Part shown: positions 8,673 through 17,738 of the stretch, piece after piece | Numbering within the stretch: the stretch's first letter is position 1 | Layout: each line of letters begins with the position of its first letter | Source: Candidatus Thorarchaeota archaeon | GTDB taxonomy: Archaea; Asgardarchaeota; Thorarchaeia; Thorarchaeales; Thorarchaeaceae | Length of the DNA: 32,000 bases | Direction of reading: 5' to 3' | Assembly (NCBI GenBank): GCA_008080745.1 | Contig: SHMX01000003.1 | Span: forward strand, 30,001-62,000 | Notes under the pieces: generated by a model | Databases searched by the model: none | What the model saw: only the letters and a program-made list of their open reading frames with translations | What the model was told of the DNA's origin: nothing | Program-made: the position numbers and the translations under genes

Positions 8673-9905
8673 GTGAAACGAATGGAATTTCCATCTCTAA
8701 AAGAACGTGGTCTAGATATTCACGCATTCACATGTGCCCAATGTAGCTTCTGCCAAGTTGGGCATGGAGCATGTCCCACCTACAAGGTGAAACGTGTAGA
8801 TAGCTATTCAGGAAAAGGAAAGATGCTGATAACTAGAGCTCTAGCTCAAAAAAGAATTAGTAAGGAAGAGGGTCTCGAAGGATTACGTGATGGAATATTT
8901 GGATGCACACTCTGTGGTGGATGTGAAGAAGTTTGCCAAGTAGATATTCCATTCATTCAAATATACCAGTTGATGCGATCAGACTTCAAGGATATGGGGA
9001 TGTGGCCCGAAGGTCTTGGTGATGCGAAAGCTATGCTCATGAAATCAAGAAATATTCAAGGCCAACCACAGATGGATCGAATTGAGGGATGGTCTTATTG
9101 GCATCCAGAGGAAGATTACCTACTTGATCGTGAAGGTGTAAAAAGTAAGACGGCAATTTTTTTGGGTTGTGCCTCATCCTTCAAAGCGGTACCAATTCAG
9201 GCTTCAATTGCAACAGCCATGATAATGGAGAAGATTGATGAAGAATTCACCATGCTTGGAGAAGAGGAATGGTGTTGTGGGGCCCCCCTCATAATGACAG
9301 GGGATTTCGAAGGAGCTAAAGAGTTTGCCCTTCATAATATTCGGAAATACAAAGAATTGGGAGTTGAGAGAATCGTCACTAATTGCCCCGGATGTTATAA
9401 GATGTGGGCTCATGAATACCATGAGTTTCTAGATATAGATCATGAGTTCGAAATAATATATGGTGCAGATTTCTTCATGCGACTGATTGACGAGGGAAAG
9501 ATGAACAATATCAGTAGCGATTACGAGGCCACCGTAACTTTTCATGATGGGTGCGATGCTGGACGAAATGCAGGATTCTATGAAGAACCTAGAAAAGTAC
9601 TTGAAAATCTCCCAGGGGTCACGTTTGAAGAGTTACCCCATAATAAAGCAAATTGTTATTGTTGCGGTTCGGGTGGAGTTCTGAGAGCTTTTGACAACGA
9701 ATTCGCACTTCAGATTAATGAGTTAAAAGTGGAAGATATTGAACAGACAAATACCGATATCGTAGTTTCCATGTGCCCATCATGTGTTGACTTTATGCAT
9801 GGTCAGCTACCTGTAGCCGGTTCCGAAAAGGCCTCGATGGATTTGGCTGTAATCATAGCAAAATCTCTTGGTCTTGAATGGGAGGGATTGGACGAAGTAT
9901 ATTAG
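8673..9905 (+). CDS. Fe-S oxidoreductase, GlpC/GlcF/HdrD-like (2x[4Fe-4S] domain plus two CCG domains)
   Basis: CAQCSFC...CP and CTLCGGCEEVC ferredoxin-type motifs; CCG domains EEWCCG...CPGC and HDGC...CYCCG...CPSC. Start GTG 8673 or ATG 8682. Confidence 0.9.
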   Translation: MKRMEFPSLKERGLDIHAFTCAQCSFCQVGHGACPTYKVKRVDSYSGKGKMLITRALAQKRISKEEGLEGLRDGIFGCTLCGGCEEVCQVDIPFIQIYQLMRSDFKDMGMWPEGLGDAKAMLMKSRNIQGQPQMDRIEGWSYWHPEEDYLLDREGVKSKTAIFLGCASSFKAVPIQASIATAMIMEKIDEEFTMLGEEEWCCGAPLIMTGDFEGAKEFALHNIRKYKELGVERIVTNCPGCYKMWAHEYHEFLDIDHEFEIIYGADFFMRLIDEGKMNNISSDYEATVTFHDGCDAGRNAGFYEEPRKVLENLPGVTFEELPHNKANCYCCGSGGVLRAFDNEFALQINELKVEDIEQTNTDIVVSMCPSCVDFMHGQLPVAGSEKASMDLAVIIAKSLGLEWEGLDEVY

Positions 9906-9906
9906 T

Positions 9907-11001
9907 TCAATCCATGAATAATTTAATGCTAAATAGTGGTCCAATGAAAATAGTCAGAAGAAGCGCAATCTCCCAGGGTAGCATAAGGCCCAGCATAAGA
10001 TAAGCAATACATAGTAATATGCCAGTAATCATGTGATTTTGAATGGTGCCTACATTAGCAGAAACAAGTTTTGGTATGGTATCAAAATTTGTAAGAGTCA
10101 CTATTGAGCATTTGATAGCAAGTGGAATCGTAATCAATGCGAGAAGAGTATGGAGATGTACATACCCTAGGAGCATTCCAATTATCAGAAAGATATAGGT
10201 AGCAAACATGATTAGACTGTATCCAATCGAGGCTTTTTTTCTGCCAAGTCTAACAACTAGAGTCTTCTTTCCAGCATCACGGTCAGCATCATGATCGGGA
10301 AATTCGTTGATGTAGAGAACCCCCATGATTAGAAAGGCGATGGGTAATGAAGCGATGATGGGTTCTATTAGAGCTTGGAGGAGAAGGAATGGAATTGATA
10401 GGAGGGGTTCAAGGAGGATACTTTGAACAGAATAAGGATATTGAACATAGTATGCACCGATTACCATTAACGTACCAAAATTCAGAGCAATAAAAAACTC
10501 ACCGAATCCGCGTGTCACGAGCTTGAAAGGAGGAGCGGTGTAGAAGAATCCAGAACCAACTCCAATGACTCCAAGCAGTATTATGAAAATACCCAATTGT
10601 AAGAACAGATAGATTCCAATCAGGGCTCCGATTACAAAAAAGACTAAAGAGCCAATTAATACCTCACGCGCTGAAAGAAACCCTCTTTGAATCATTCTAC
10701 TACCCCCTGTAAAGGGGCGTATGAATTCTTTGTTAATATCGTCTGATCCAGTCAGGTCTTCGCTATGATCAAAATAATCATTGGAAACATTAGCTCCTAT
10801 ATGAAGACAAATACCTGCAATTAATGTTAGGAGAAAATAGTCCAATCGAAACACCGAATGCAATCCCCAGGCAATAGCAGACCCTAGTAAAATTGGAATA
10901 GTAGATGCTGTAAGAAATGGAACTCTTAGCTCTATTAACCAAGCTCGGAATTTACCAGGATTCATTTTATCCTGAACTGGAATCGATTCGTCTTCGGTCA
11001 T
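9907..11001 (-). CDS. menA: 1,4-dihydroxy-2-naphthoate polyprenyltransferase (MenA, UbiA superfamily)
   Basis: NVSNDYFD, FYTAPPFKL..RGFGE and NEFPDHDADRDAGKKTLVVRLG motifs; multiple TM helices. Start reassigned to ATG 11001 (or 11010), because the longer ORF overlaps the divergent gene. Confidence 0.85.
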   Translation of the reverse strand: MTEDESIPVQDKMNPGKFRAWLIELRVPFLTASTIPILLGSAIAWGLHSVFRLDYFLLTLIAGICLHIGANVSNDYFDHSEDLTGSDDINKEFIRPFTGGSRMIQRGFLSAREVLIGSLVFFVIGALIGIYLFLQLGIFIILLGVIGVGSGFFYTAPPFKLVTRGFGEFFIALNFGTLMVIGAYYVQYPYSVQSILLEPLLSIPFLLLQALIEPIIASLPIAFLIMGVLYINEFPDHDADRDAGKKTLVVRLGRKKASIGYSLIMFATYIFLIIGMLLGYVHLHTLLALITIPLAIKCSIVTLTNFDTIPKLVSANVGTIQNHMITGILLCIAYLMLGLMLPWEIALLLTIFIGPLFSIKLFMD

Positions 11002-11120
11002 AAGAAACATGCATCCAAATCCAATCCAATAGAAAAGATTTGCCCCAGAACGAATTTGGTCCAGAATCGCAAGTGCTAATAAGTTAATTTTTCTACAAGC
11101 ACTATCACGGAGGAGCTCTC

Positions 11121-12191
11121 TTGGAGGAAAAACCCAAAGACTTGATGAAAGGTATACCAATAACTGATGGTGAAAAACTGATCAGGGATAACCAAGAAGA
11201 GATTATACTAAAGGAGTCCTTCAAGAAACTCTATAGACATCCAGCATTAGTCGAAAGAGTTACTAGAATTGAAAAGAGCATTCAGGATTTTATCAGAAAT
11301 AATGATGGTCAACCACAAATTCTCTATGATGCGGCCAACCACTTGATTCAAGCAGGAGGTAAGAGAACGAGGTCGCTTCTCTCTTTGCTCGCCTGTGAAT
11401 CAGTGGGTGGCGATACGGAAAAAGCCCTACCTCTTACAATAGCAGCTGAATTATTGCAGACAGCTTCATTGATTCATGACGATATCATTGATGCGGGGAC
11501 AACTCGAAGAGGGGTCGAAACAGTCCACCAAAAATATGGCCATCATATAGCAATCTTAGCAGGAGACCTCCTAATTGCAAAGTCAATAGAAATGATTGGT
11601 AAACATGGCTCAACCGAGCTTCTACAGCACATTGGAAATGGCGGTGTCAGGATGTGTGAAGGAGAGGCAATCGATCTTGCCCTAAGTACAGATAAGCCAG
11701 ATGTATTCTCAAAAGATCAATATTTCAAAATGATTGAACTAAAAACCGTCGCATTTCTTAGTGAATCAGCAAGGCTAGGAGCCATGATGGGAGAGGGAAC
11801 AGAAGATCATGTGGAGGTTCTATCCGAGTTTGGAGAACATTTGGGATATGCATTCCAGATTCAAGATGATATGCTTGATATGAGAACAACCCATGAAGAG
11901 AGCGGCAAGGTTCCTCTTGCCGATTTAAAAAGTCGAAGATGTAATTTCCTCTTGGTCCATGCGTTAGAGGTTTCACACCAGAGCCATATAGACACCATCA
12001 ATCAAGCGATAAATGAAGGTAAATTCTTTGATGCCGCAGAATATATTTTAGAAACTGGTGCAGAACAGGTAGCAATGGATTTAGCTGAAGGTTATGTGAA
12101 AAAGGCAAAAGAAACTCTATTACAAAGTAACCTAAGAGGCATAGACTTGCTCAATGAATTTGCAGACTCTGTAATTCACCGAAACCGTTGA
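11121..12191 (+). CDS. All-trans polyprenyl diphosphate synthase, probably medium/long-chain
   Basis: GGKRTR, FARM TASLIHDDIID..RRG, GEAID, KT, SARM FQIQDDMLD. TTG start preceded by GGAGG. Confidence 0.9.
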   Translation: MEEKPKDLMKGIPITDGEKLIRDNQEEIILKESFKKLYRHPALVERVTRIEKSIQDFIRNNDGQPQILYDAANHLIQAGGKRTRSLLSLLACESVGGDTEKALPLTIAAELLQTASLIHDDIIDAGTTRRGVETVHQKYGHHIAILAGDLLIAKSIEMIGKHGSTELLQHIGNGGVRMCEGEAIDLALSTDKPDVFSKDQYFKMIELKTVAFLSESARLGAMMGEGTEDHVEVLSEFGEHLGYAFQIQDDMLDMRTTHEESGKVPLADLKSRRCNFLLVHALEVSHQSHIDTINQAINEGKFFDAAEYILETGAEQVAMDLAEGYVKKAKETLLQSNLRGIDLLNEFADSVIHRNR

Positions 12192-12199
12192 TTTTGAAC

Positions 12200-13393
12200 C
12201 TAATTAAGAATCCTCGTTAAAGGAATTAGAATTTTTGACCCAAGCTTAACAGCAAAAGGCAATCTACATCTAATCAATGATTCAAGCAGATATGGACCAG
12301 CAAGGCTCATACAGATATGTGTTACAATATCATTAGACAGTACTGAATCTGCGATATTCCTAACAGCAACAGCTGAGCTAAGTGTTTGTCCAATCTCTGA
12401 GGTCCACCTTAGGGCATAATCTGATAGCGGAGTGGATTTCGAAAAGTGATCTAGTATTGTTTCTGCTGCTATCTCTCCACCAATAATAGCCGTTGGAATT
12501 CCCCCACCATTTGACGCCATAACATGACTTGCCGCATCACCCACTAACAGAACATTGTTACTAAAGGTGCGGCCAACGGGACCTCCAATAGGTATTAGCG
12601 CAGAAACTCTTTGTTCAATTTCTCCACCTCTCATAAGAGGAGATATCAGAGGATTGTGTTTCATGAGATGCTGCAAAAGTACTCGCAAAGGAGTATTGAA
12701 CTTGTTGAAGTGTTGTCTTAGACCGAGTCCAAAATTTACTCTCCCATCTCCTTTAGGGATAATCCACGCATATCCACCAGGCGCTATTTGCTCACCAAAA
12801 TACATCTCGGTAACATCAGGATTACAATGAGTGTTCTTTACCACGAATTGAATAGAGTGACTAACAGCAGAAGAATCTAGGATGTTACCAATGGAACGGG
12901 ATATCATCGAATTGGGACCGTCTGCACCTACTACAACCCGCGCTGAAAGTGTTCGAGTGCTGTTTCCTTTTCTGATTTTCAGTTTGTTCGAAGAAGACCT
13001 TTTTGCAACACTAGAATCCAGATATAATTCAGCACCAGAATCAATGGCTTCGTCTACCAGATGTTTGTCATACAATTTGCGATCAATAATGTTTGCTTTG
13101 AATCTGAATCGAGTTCTATTACCAAAAGGAGAAACCAGATGTGTCCAATAAGTCTGGTTTGTTACAAATCGTGAAGGAATGCAAGCAATTCTCTTAGCTC
13201 TTGATGAATAAGGAAATAGATCCGCACATTCTGTAGATGTTGGAAAATATTCACCACATTGGATTGGAACCCCGATTGTCTTTCTTCTCTCTATAAGTGC
13301 TACATGTAAACCATTCTCAGCTAACATGTGAGCTACGGTACTTCCTGCAGGACCTGCACCGACAACAGCAACGTCGTAATCAGTGTCTCGCAT
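12200..13393 (-). CDS. Geranylgeranyl reductase family flavoprotein (GGR/MenJ-like)
   Basis: VVGAGPAGS FAD motif, QCGE, PGGYAWIIPK, LVGDAA..V..SNGGGI. Confidence 0.9.
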   Translation of the reverse strand: MRDTDYDVAVVGAGPAGSTVAHMLAENGLHVALIERRKTIGVPIQCGEYFPTSTECADLFPYSSRAKRIACIPSRFVTNQTYWTHLVSPFGNRTRFRFKANIIDRKLYDKHLVDEAIDSGAELYLDSSVAKRSSSNKLKIRKGNSTRTLSARVVVGADGPNSMISRSIGNILDSSAVSHSIQFVVKNTHCNPDVTEMYFGEQIAPGGYAWIIPKGDGRVNFGLGLRQHFNKFNTPLRVLLQHLMKHNPLISPLMRGGEIEQRVSALIPIGGPVGRTFSNNVLLVGDAASHVMASNGGGIPTAIIGGEIAAETILDHFSKSTPLSDYALRWTSEIGQTLSSAVAVRNIADSVLSNDIVTHICMSLAGPYLLESLIRCRLPFAVKLGSKILIPLTRILN

Positions 13394-13420
13394 GAAGGGC
13401 CTCCAAAGAACTCAGAAATG

Positions 13421-13771
13421 TTACCATTTTTCGGAGAAAAATACTAGCCAAGCAACAACAGCCTCAAGATTGCTTAAGATTAATTCATCCAGTCTGAATA
13501 AAGTAGAACCACTCGAGGTCGATATATAATCTGATCCCAAACGAAATCTAGTGGAACCAGAGGAACTAGTAACAGAAGAATTACTGTATCTCCCAATGGT
13601 ACTACCGGATGAATTGGTAACATACCCATCTCGGACTCTGCCAATAGTGCTTCCTGAGCTACTCATGACTGAGCCAGATGAGAATCTTCCAATGGTGCTT
13701 CCTGACGAATTGGTGATGTAATCACCTCGAACATAACCAATTGTAGAACCACTACTGTTCATTATTCTCAT
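13421..13771 (-). CDS. Ser/Gly-rich tandem-repeat protein resembling 5-fold beta-flower repeat proteins
   Basis: Six 16-aa repeats with an [IV]x[NST]SSGST core and a hydrophobic C-terminal helix (LEAVVAWLVFF). Confidence 0.7.
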   Translation of the reverse strand: MRIMNSSGSTIGYVRGDYITNSSGSTIGRFSSGSVMSSSGSTIGRVRDGYVTNSSGSTIGRYSNSSVTSSSGSTRFRLGSDYISTSSGSTLFRLDELILSNLEAVVAWLVFFSEKW

Positions 13772-13904
13772 AGTAATCTAGATTAACCAGTCATAAAAGG
13801 ATATGAGTGTACCTACATGACATTTTGATAGCTGGAAATGTATTTGTAGCAGTTAGAAACAAATCAAAATACTACATAGCTTGAATGAGTAGTGGAGAGA
13901 TATT

Positions 13905-16505
13905 GTGAAAAAGCACACCCCTATGCAAAGACAATATTTGGAACTTAAGAAACAGTACAAAGACTGTATTCTTCTATTCAGACTAGGTGATTTCTATGAG
14001 ATGTTCAATGAAGATGCGAAGAAAGCTAGTGAAACGCTTGAAATCGTTCTTACCGCCAGGGGTGAAGGTATAGACAAATGGCCTATGTGTGGAGTTCCAT
14101 ATCATTCAATTGAAGGGTATATTGCAAAATTACTGGAAGCAGGATACACAGTTGCGATTGCAGAACAAGTTGAAGATGCCTCCAAAGCAAAGGGCCTAGT
14201 TAAACGAGAGGTTGTTCGAGTAATAACACCCGGTACCATTCTGGAGAGCTCAATGCTTGAAGATAGCTCTAATAATTATCTGGTTGCCGTGATAGAACAC
14301 GACCAACAAGTGGGTATTGCATCAGTGGATGTTTCAACGGGTGAATTTGTTACTACACAATTTCCGGGAACCCTACTGGGTGAGAAAACAATCAATGAAT
14401 TAGGAAGACTTGGTCCTGCTGAGTTGCTTCTCCCAGAATCAGCTATGGGGTCTCAAAGTGTTATGCAAGCTTTTGAACCACTGGAAACAAAGATAACCTT
14501 CCGAAGTGATCTGGATTTCTCAGCACGTCAATCTGAACAGCGATTGAAAGAACAGTTCAATGTGACAACACTGGATGGGTTTGGGCTAATAGAAAAAGAG
14601 GTAGCTATTGGAGCGGCTGGTGCGGTTCTAGCTTATTTGCATGACGTGTACAAAGAGAACGTAATCACTCTCACTGGTGTTAGGACATATTCTGTTGAAA
14701 GACACATGATTGTTGACAGGACTACTCAACGAAATTTAGAGCTTCTAAAGAACGCACGAGATGGATCGAAAAGAGGAACACTTCTGAGTGTTCTATCTAA
14801 GACTGTCACGCCTATGGGACGTAGGTTGCTAAAAAAATGGATACTTCAACCATTGATGGATATTGACGAAATAAATGAAAGACTGGATGCAGTGGAAGAG
14901 TTTGCAAGAAGTGCAATCGACCGACAAGAAACCATGAATAGTCTATCAAATCTTGGAGACCTTGAGAGAATAACAAGCAGAGTTGTTTTTGGGACTGGAG
15001 GAGCTCGAGACCTAGTCGCTCTTCGAAATGCTCTATCAAGAATCCCTAAAATTAAGAAAAAACTGAATTCATGCAAAGCAGATTTAGTCTACAAGTTATG
15101 CTCAGATATTGACCCATTAGAATTTTTACATGAAACATTGGAAAAAGCACTGATTGATGATCCACCTGTAAGTATCCGAGAAGGAGGGATGATTAAGGAA
15201 GGATTCAGTGAGGATTTGGACAAGCTGAAGCAGGGCATATCGGATGATAAAAAGTGGATTGCTTCATTGCAGGTTAGAGAACGAAGAAGAACTGGAATCA
15301 AATCACTCAAAGTTGGTTTCAACAAGGTCTTTGGATATTATATTGAAGTCACAAAAGCAAACATAGACAACGTTCCTGAGGAATATGAAAGAAAACAAAC
15401 CTTAACCAATGCAGAAAGATATATCATTCCCGAGCTCAAGGAAAAAGAAGCAAGTGTTCTGGCGGGAGAAGAAAAAATCAACCAACTTGAATATCGAATC
15501 TATGAAGACCTAAGAGCATTAGTAAAGGAGAGGGTTGACGCTCTGAGAAAAAATGCAGATGCCATTGCAAAGATTGATGTTTTGGCATCACTTGCAGAAG
15601 TGGCTGTTCTTAGGAAATATCACAGGCCAGAATTAACAAAAGGAAAAAGAATCAAAATTATTGATGGGCGACATCCTTCATTGGAGATGATGCTAGGGCC
15701 AAATGAGTTTGTACCAAATAGTCTTGAGATCGGCGATGGGGGAGCTACTTTACTCATCGTTACAGGGCCAAATATGGCTGGAAAATCAACCTATATGAGA
15801 CAGACTGCAATAATTGCACTACTAGCACAGATGGGAAGCTTTACTCCAGCAAAGGAAGCAGAAATCGGATTGGTTGATAGAATATTTACTAGAGTAGGTG
15901 CTTTTGATGATCTTACCGCTCGACAGAGTACATTCATGGTGGAAATGGTAGAAACAGCAAACATTCTGAACAATGCCACTGAAAGAAGTCTTGTCATTCT
16001 GGACGAGATAGGTCGAGGTACATCGACTTTCGATGGAATGGCACTCGCTTGGGCAGTAGCGGAACAGATAGTCCAAATAAAATGTCGAACCCTCTTTGCC
16101 ACACATTTTCATCAATTGACTGATATGGCATCATCCTATCATGGTGTGAAGAATGTACACACTTTAGCACGTGAAACGGGAAACACCATTGTGTTTCTTC
16201 ATAAGGTTGTGGAGGGAGGTACAGATAGAAGTTACGGAGTTCATGTCGCTTCATTAGCAGGTGTGCCAAACTCTGTTGTTCGACGTGCTCAACAACTTCT
16301 TATAAAATTAGAAAAAGAGAGTACCTTGGAACTTGGTAAAGGTATGGAGGATGCAGAAGAGGCAATTCAAACCAGTCTTGAGGCTCTAACAATTGATGAC
16401 CCAATTGTCGAACGAATTAAACACCTAGATCTTGACCGTATGACACCAGTTGATGCCTTGCTCAAACTTAAAGAAATGCAAGAAGAAGCTAAAAAACGAA
16501 GCTAG
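13905..16505 (+). CDS. mutS: DNA mismatch repair protein MutS (MutS1 type)
   Basis: HTPMQRQY, FRLGDFYEMF (Phe-X-Glu mismatch motif), Walker A GPNMAGKST, Walker B DEIGRGTST, HTH SYGVHVA. Confidence 0.97.
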   Translation: MKKHTPMQRQYLELKKQYKDCILLFRLGDFYEMFNEDAKKASETLEIVLTARGEGIDKWPMCGVPYHSIEGYIAKLLEAGYTVAIAEQVEDASKAKGLVKREVVRVITPGTILESSMLEDSSNNYLVAVIEHDQQVGIASVDVSTGEFVTTQFPGTLLGEKTINELGRLGPAELLLPESAMGSQSVMQAFEPLETKITFRSDLDFSARQSEQRLKEQFNVTTLDGFGLIEKEVAIGAAGAVLAYLHDVYKENVITLTGVRTYSVERHMIVDRTTQRNLELLKNARDGSKRGTLLSVLSKTVTPMGRRLLKKWILQPLMDIDEINERLDAVEEFARSAIDRQETMNSLSNLGDLERITSRVVFGTGGARDLVALRNALSRIPKIKKKLNSCKADLVYKLCSDIDPLEFLHETLEKALIDDPPVSIREGGMIKEGFSEDLDKLKQGISDDKKWIASLQVRERRRTGIKSLKVGFNKVFGYYIEVTKANIDNVPEEYERKQTLTNAERYIIPELKEKEASVLAGEEKINQLEYRIYEDLRALVKERVDALRKNADAIAKIDVLASLAEVAVLRKYHRPELTKGKRIKIIDGRHPSLEMMLGPNEFVPNSLEIGDGGATLLIVTGPNMAGKSTYMRQTAIIALLAQMGSFTPAKEAEIGLVDRIFTRVGAFDDLTARQSTFMVEMVETANILNNATERSLVILDEIGRGTSTFDGMALAWAVAEQIVQIKCRTLFATHFHQLTDMASSYHGVKNVHTLARETGNTIVFLHKVVEGGTDRSYGVHVASLAGVPNSVVRRAQQLLIKLEKESTLELGKGMEDAEEAIQTSLEALTIDDPIVERIKHLDLDRMTPVDALLKLKEMQEEAKKRS

Positions 16506-16514
16506 AAATTATAT

Positions 16515-17327
16515 GTGTTATATCCAATAAAATCTCAAATGATGGTCCATGAGAGGGAACAAGATAGACGACTCAAAACTATAACTGCTACATGTTGCCT
16601 AGGCTTCATAGTCATAGTTCTAATTGGGGTATTCTTCATTGATACGGATGATTATTTTCAGGGATATCTTATGTTGATTTGTCTGTTTGGGTTTCTTGGA
16701 ATTATTGGTCATCGCTGCTATAGGTCCTTAGTGATACCTCAACTTGATAAAGACAAGCTTGAGAAAGCGGGACCATACCTTCAAGGGAAAACTGTATGGT
16801 CTAGTGAAGTCATTCATGCACCACTCACTCGTTCAGATATCAAATATATTCTAAAACTATCCAAGAATGAAGACAAATATGGAATTTTAAAAAAAGGGGA
16901 AAAAATTGAGGTAATTCTTGAAATAGACACTGAAACAATAAATCTGTTTTCTGACAAGCGAAATCTGGATGCCTATTTGTATTATAGAATTGAGGAGCAT
17001 GAACGATTATGGCGGTTAATCAAGAGAACAGTAGTAATTGGGATAGTATGGTTTGGGGTCCTATATATTATTTTGACTCCACTCTTTCAGCATCCTATTC
17101 TCTCAATCCTTAATTTCTATGGCACTCTAAAAGTTCTTGTCGCTATATGGACATTTTTGCCTATAGCATATCTTATGTGGAGATACCACTTTGCTTCATT
17201 TGACTTTAGTATCTATCTAAATTATACAGAATTTATTGATGTGTTAGAAAGCTTGAAAGTTAGTGCTAAGACAAAATATGAGAAGAAAAAATTACAGAGT
17301 AGAATCAATAATCTTAGAGAAAAATAA
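16515..17327 (+). CDS. Hypothetical membrane protein (2+2 TM around a soluble loop)
   Basis: 270-aa ORF 9 nt after mutS with four hydrophobic helices; no family recognised. Confidence 0.65.
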   Translation: MLYPIKSQMMVHEREQDRRLKTITATCCLGFIVIVLIGVFFIDTDDYFQGYLMLICLFGFLGIIGHRCYRSLVIPQLDKDKLEKAGPYLQGKTVWSSEVIHAPLTRSDIKYILKLSKNEDKYGILKKGEKIEVILEIDTETINLFSDKRNLDAYLYYRIEEHERLWRLIKRTVVIGIVWFGVLYIILTPLFQHPILSILNFYGTLKVLVAIWTFLPIAYLMWRYHFASFDFSIYLNYTEFIDVLESLKVSAKTKYEKKKLQSRINNLREK

Positions 17328-17339
17328 CAGAACCCGACC

Positions 17340-17345
17340 TTTTTT
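17340..17345 (+). terminator. Possible archaeal oligo-T terminator
   Basis: T6 tract 12 nt after the stop at 17327. Confidence 0.3.
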
Positions 17346-17435
17346 GCCTAAGTAAGCCCCTAATATCTTTCTAATCTAGAACTCGTAATAATAACCGGAT
17401 GCTTGAGAACCACGACTATATCGGCTTATTTGAAA

Positions 17436-17590
17436 CCGTTGCACAGAACTTGGACAAAGGTGGACAGGTGTCCTCATCTGCTGTCTGTTTCCTGCTTCAT
17501 CGAGGCTGCATCACTGGTCACAGAGGACTGGTGTTGTCTTACTTCCTCTTCACAGGCGTTTTGGGCCTCCGTGCAACTCACGGCGGCATA
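17436..17590 (-). ncRNA. Putative TnpB omegaRNA (reRNA) scaffold; the guide would be the 3' flank starting at 17435
   Basis: Overlaps the TnpB-tail relic and ends at the right end (...GCAACGG). Visible pairings: CCGTG/CACGG hairpin (17569-17583), CCTGT/GCAGG, GAGG/CCTC, GACAG/CTGTC. The 5' boundary is approximate and expression is unknown. Confidence 0.6.
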
Positions 17591-17738
17591 CTTATCTTAG
17601 ACATGATTCCTAATAACCTCCACTTCTGATGGTCTAGGTATACACTCCTGGTGGCCGAGCTGCCGGTGCTACCGTATACAGGTCAATATATCAAAGAGTC
17701 AATCGATATATGTCCAAGCTTGTCCACGTTTTGATCAG
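17439..17738. repeat. Sub-terminal inverted motif triplets of the IS607-derived element
   Basis: Plus strand TTGCACA (17439), TTGGACA (17450), GTGGACA (17460) versus TGTCCAA (17711), TGTCCAC (17721), TGATCAG (17732); mirror-image 11- and 10-bp spacing. Confidence 0.7.
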
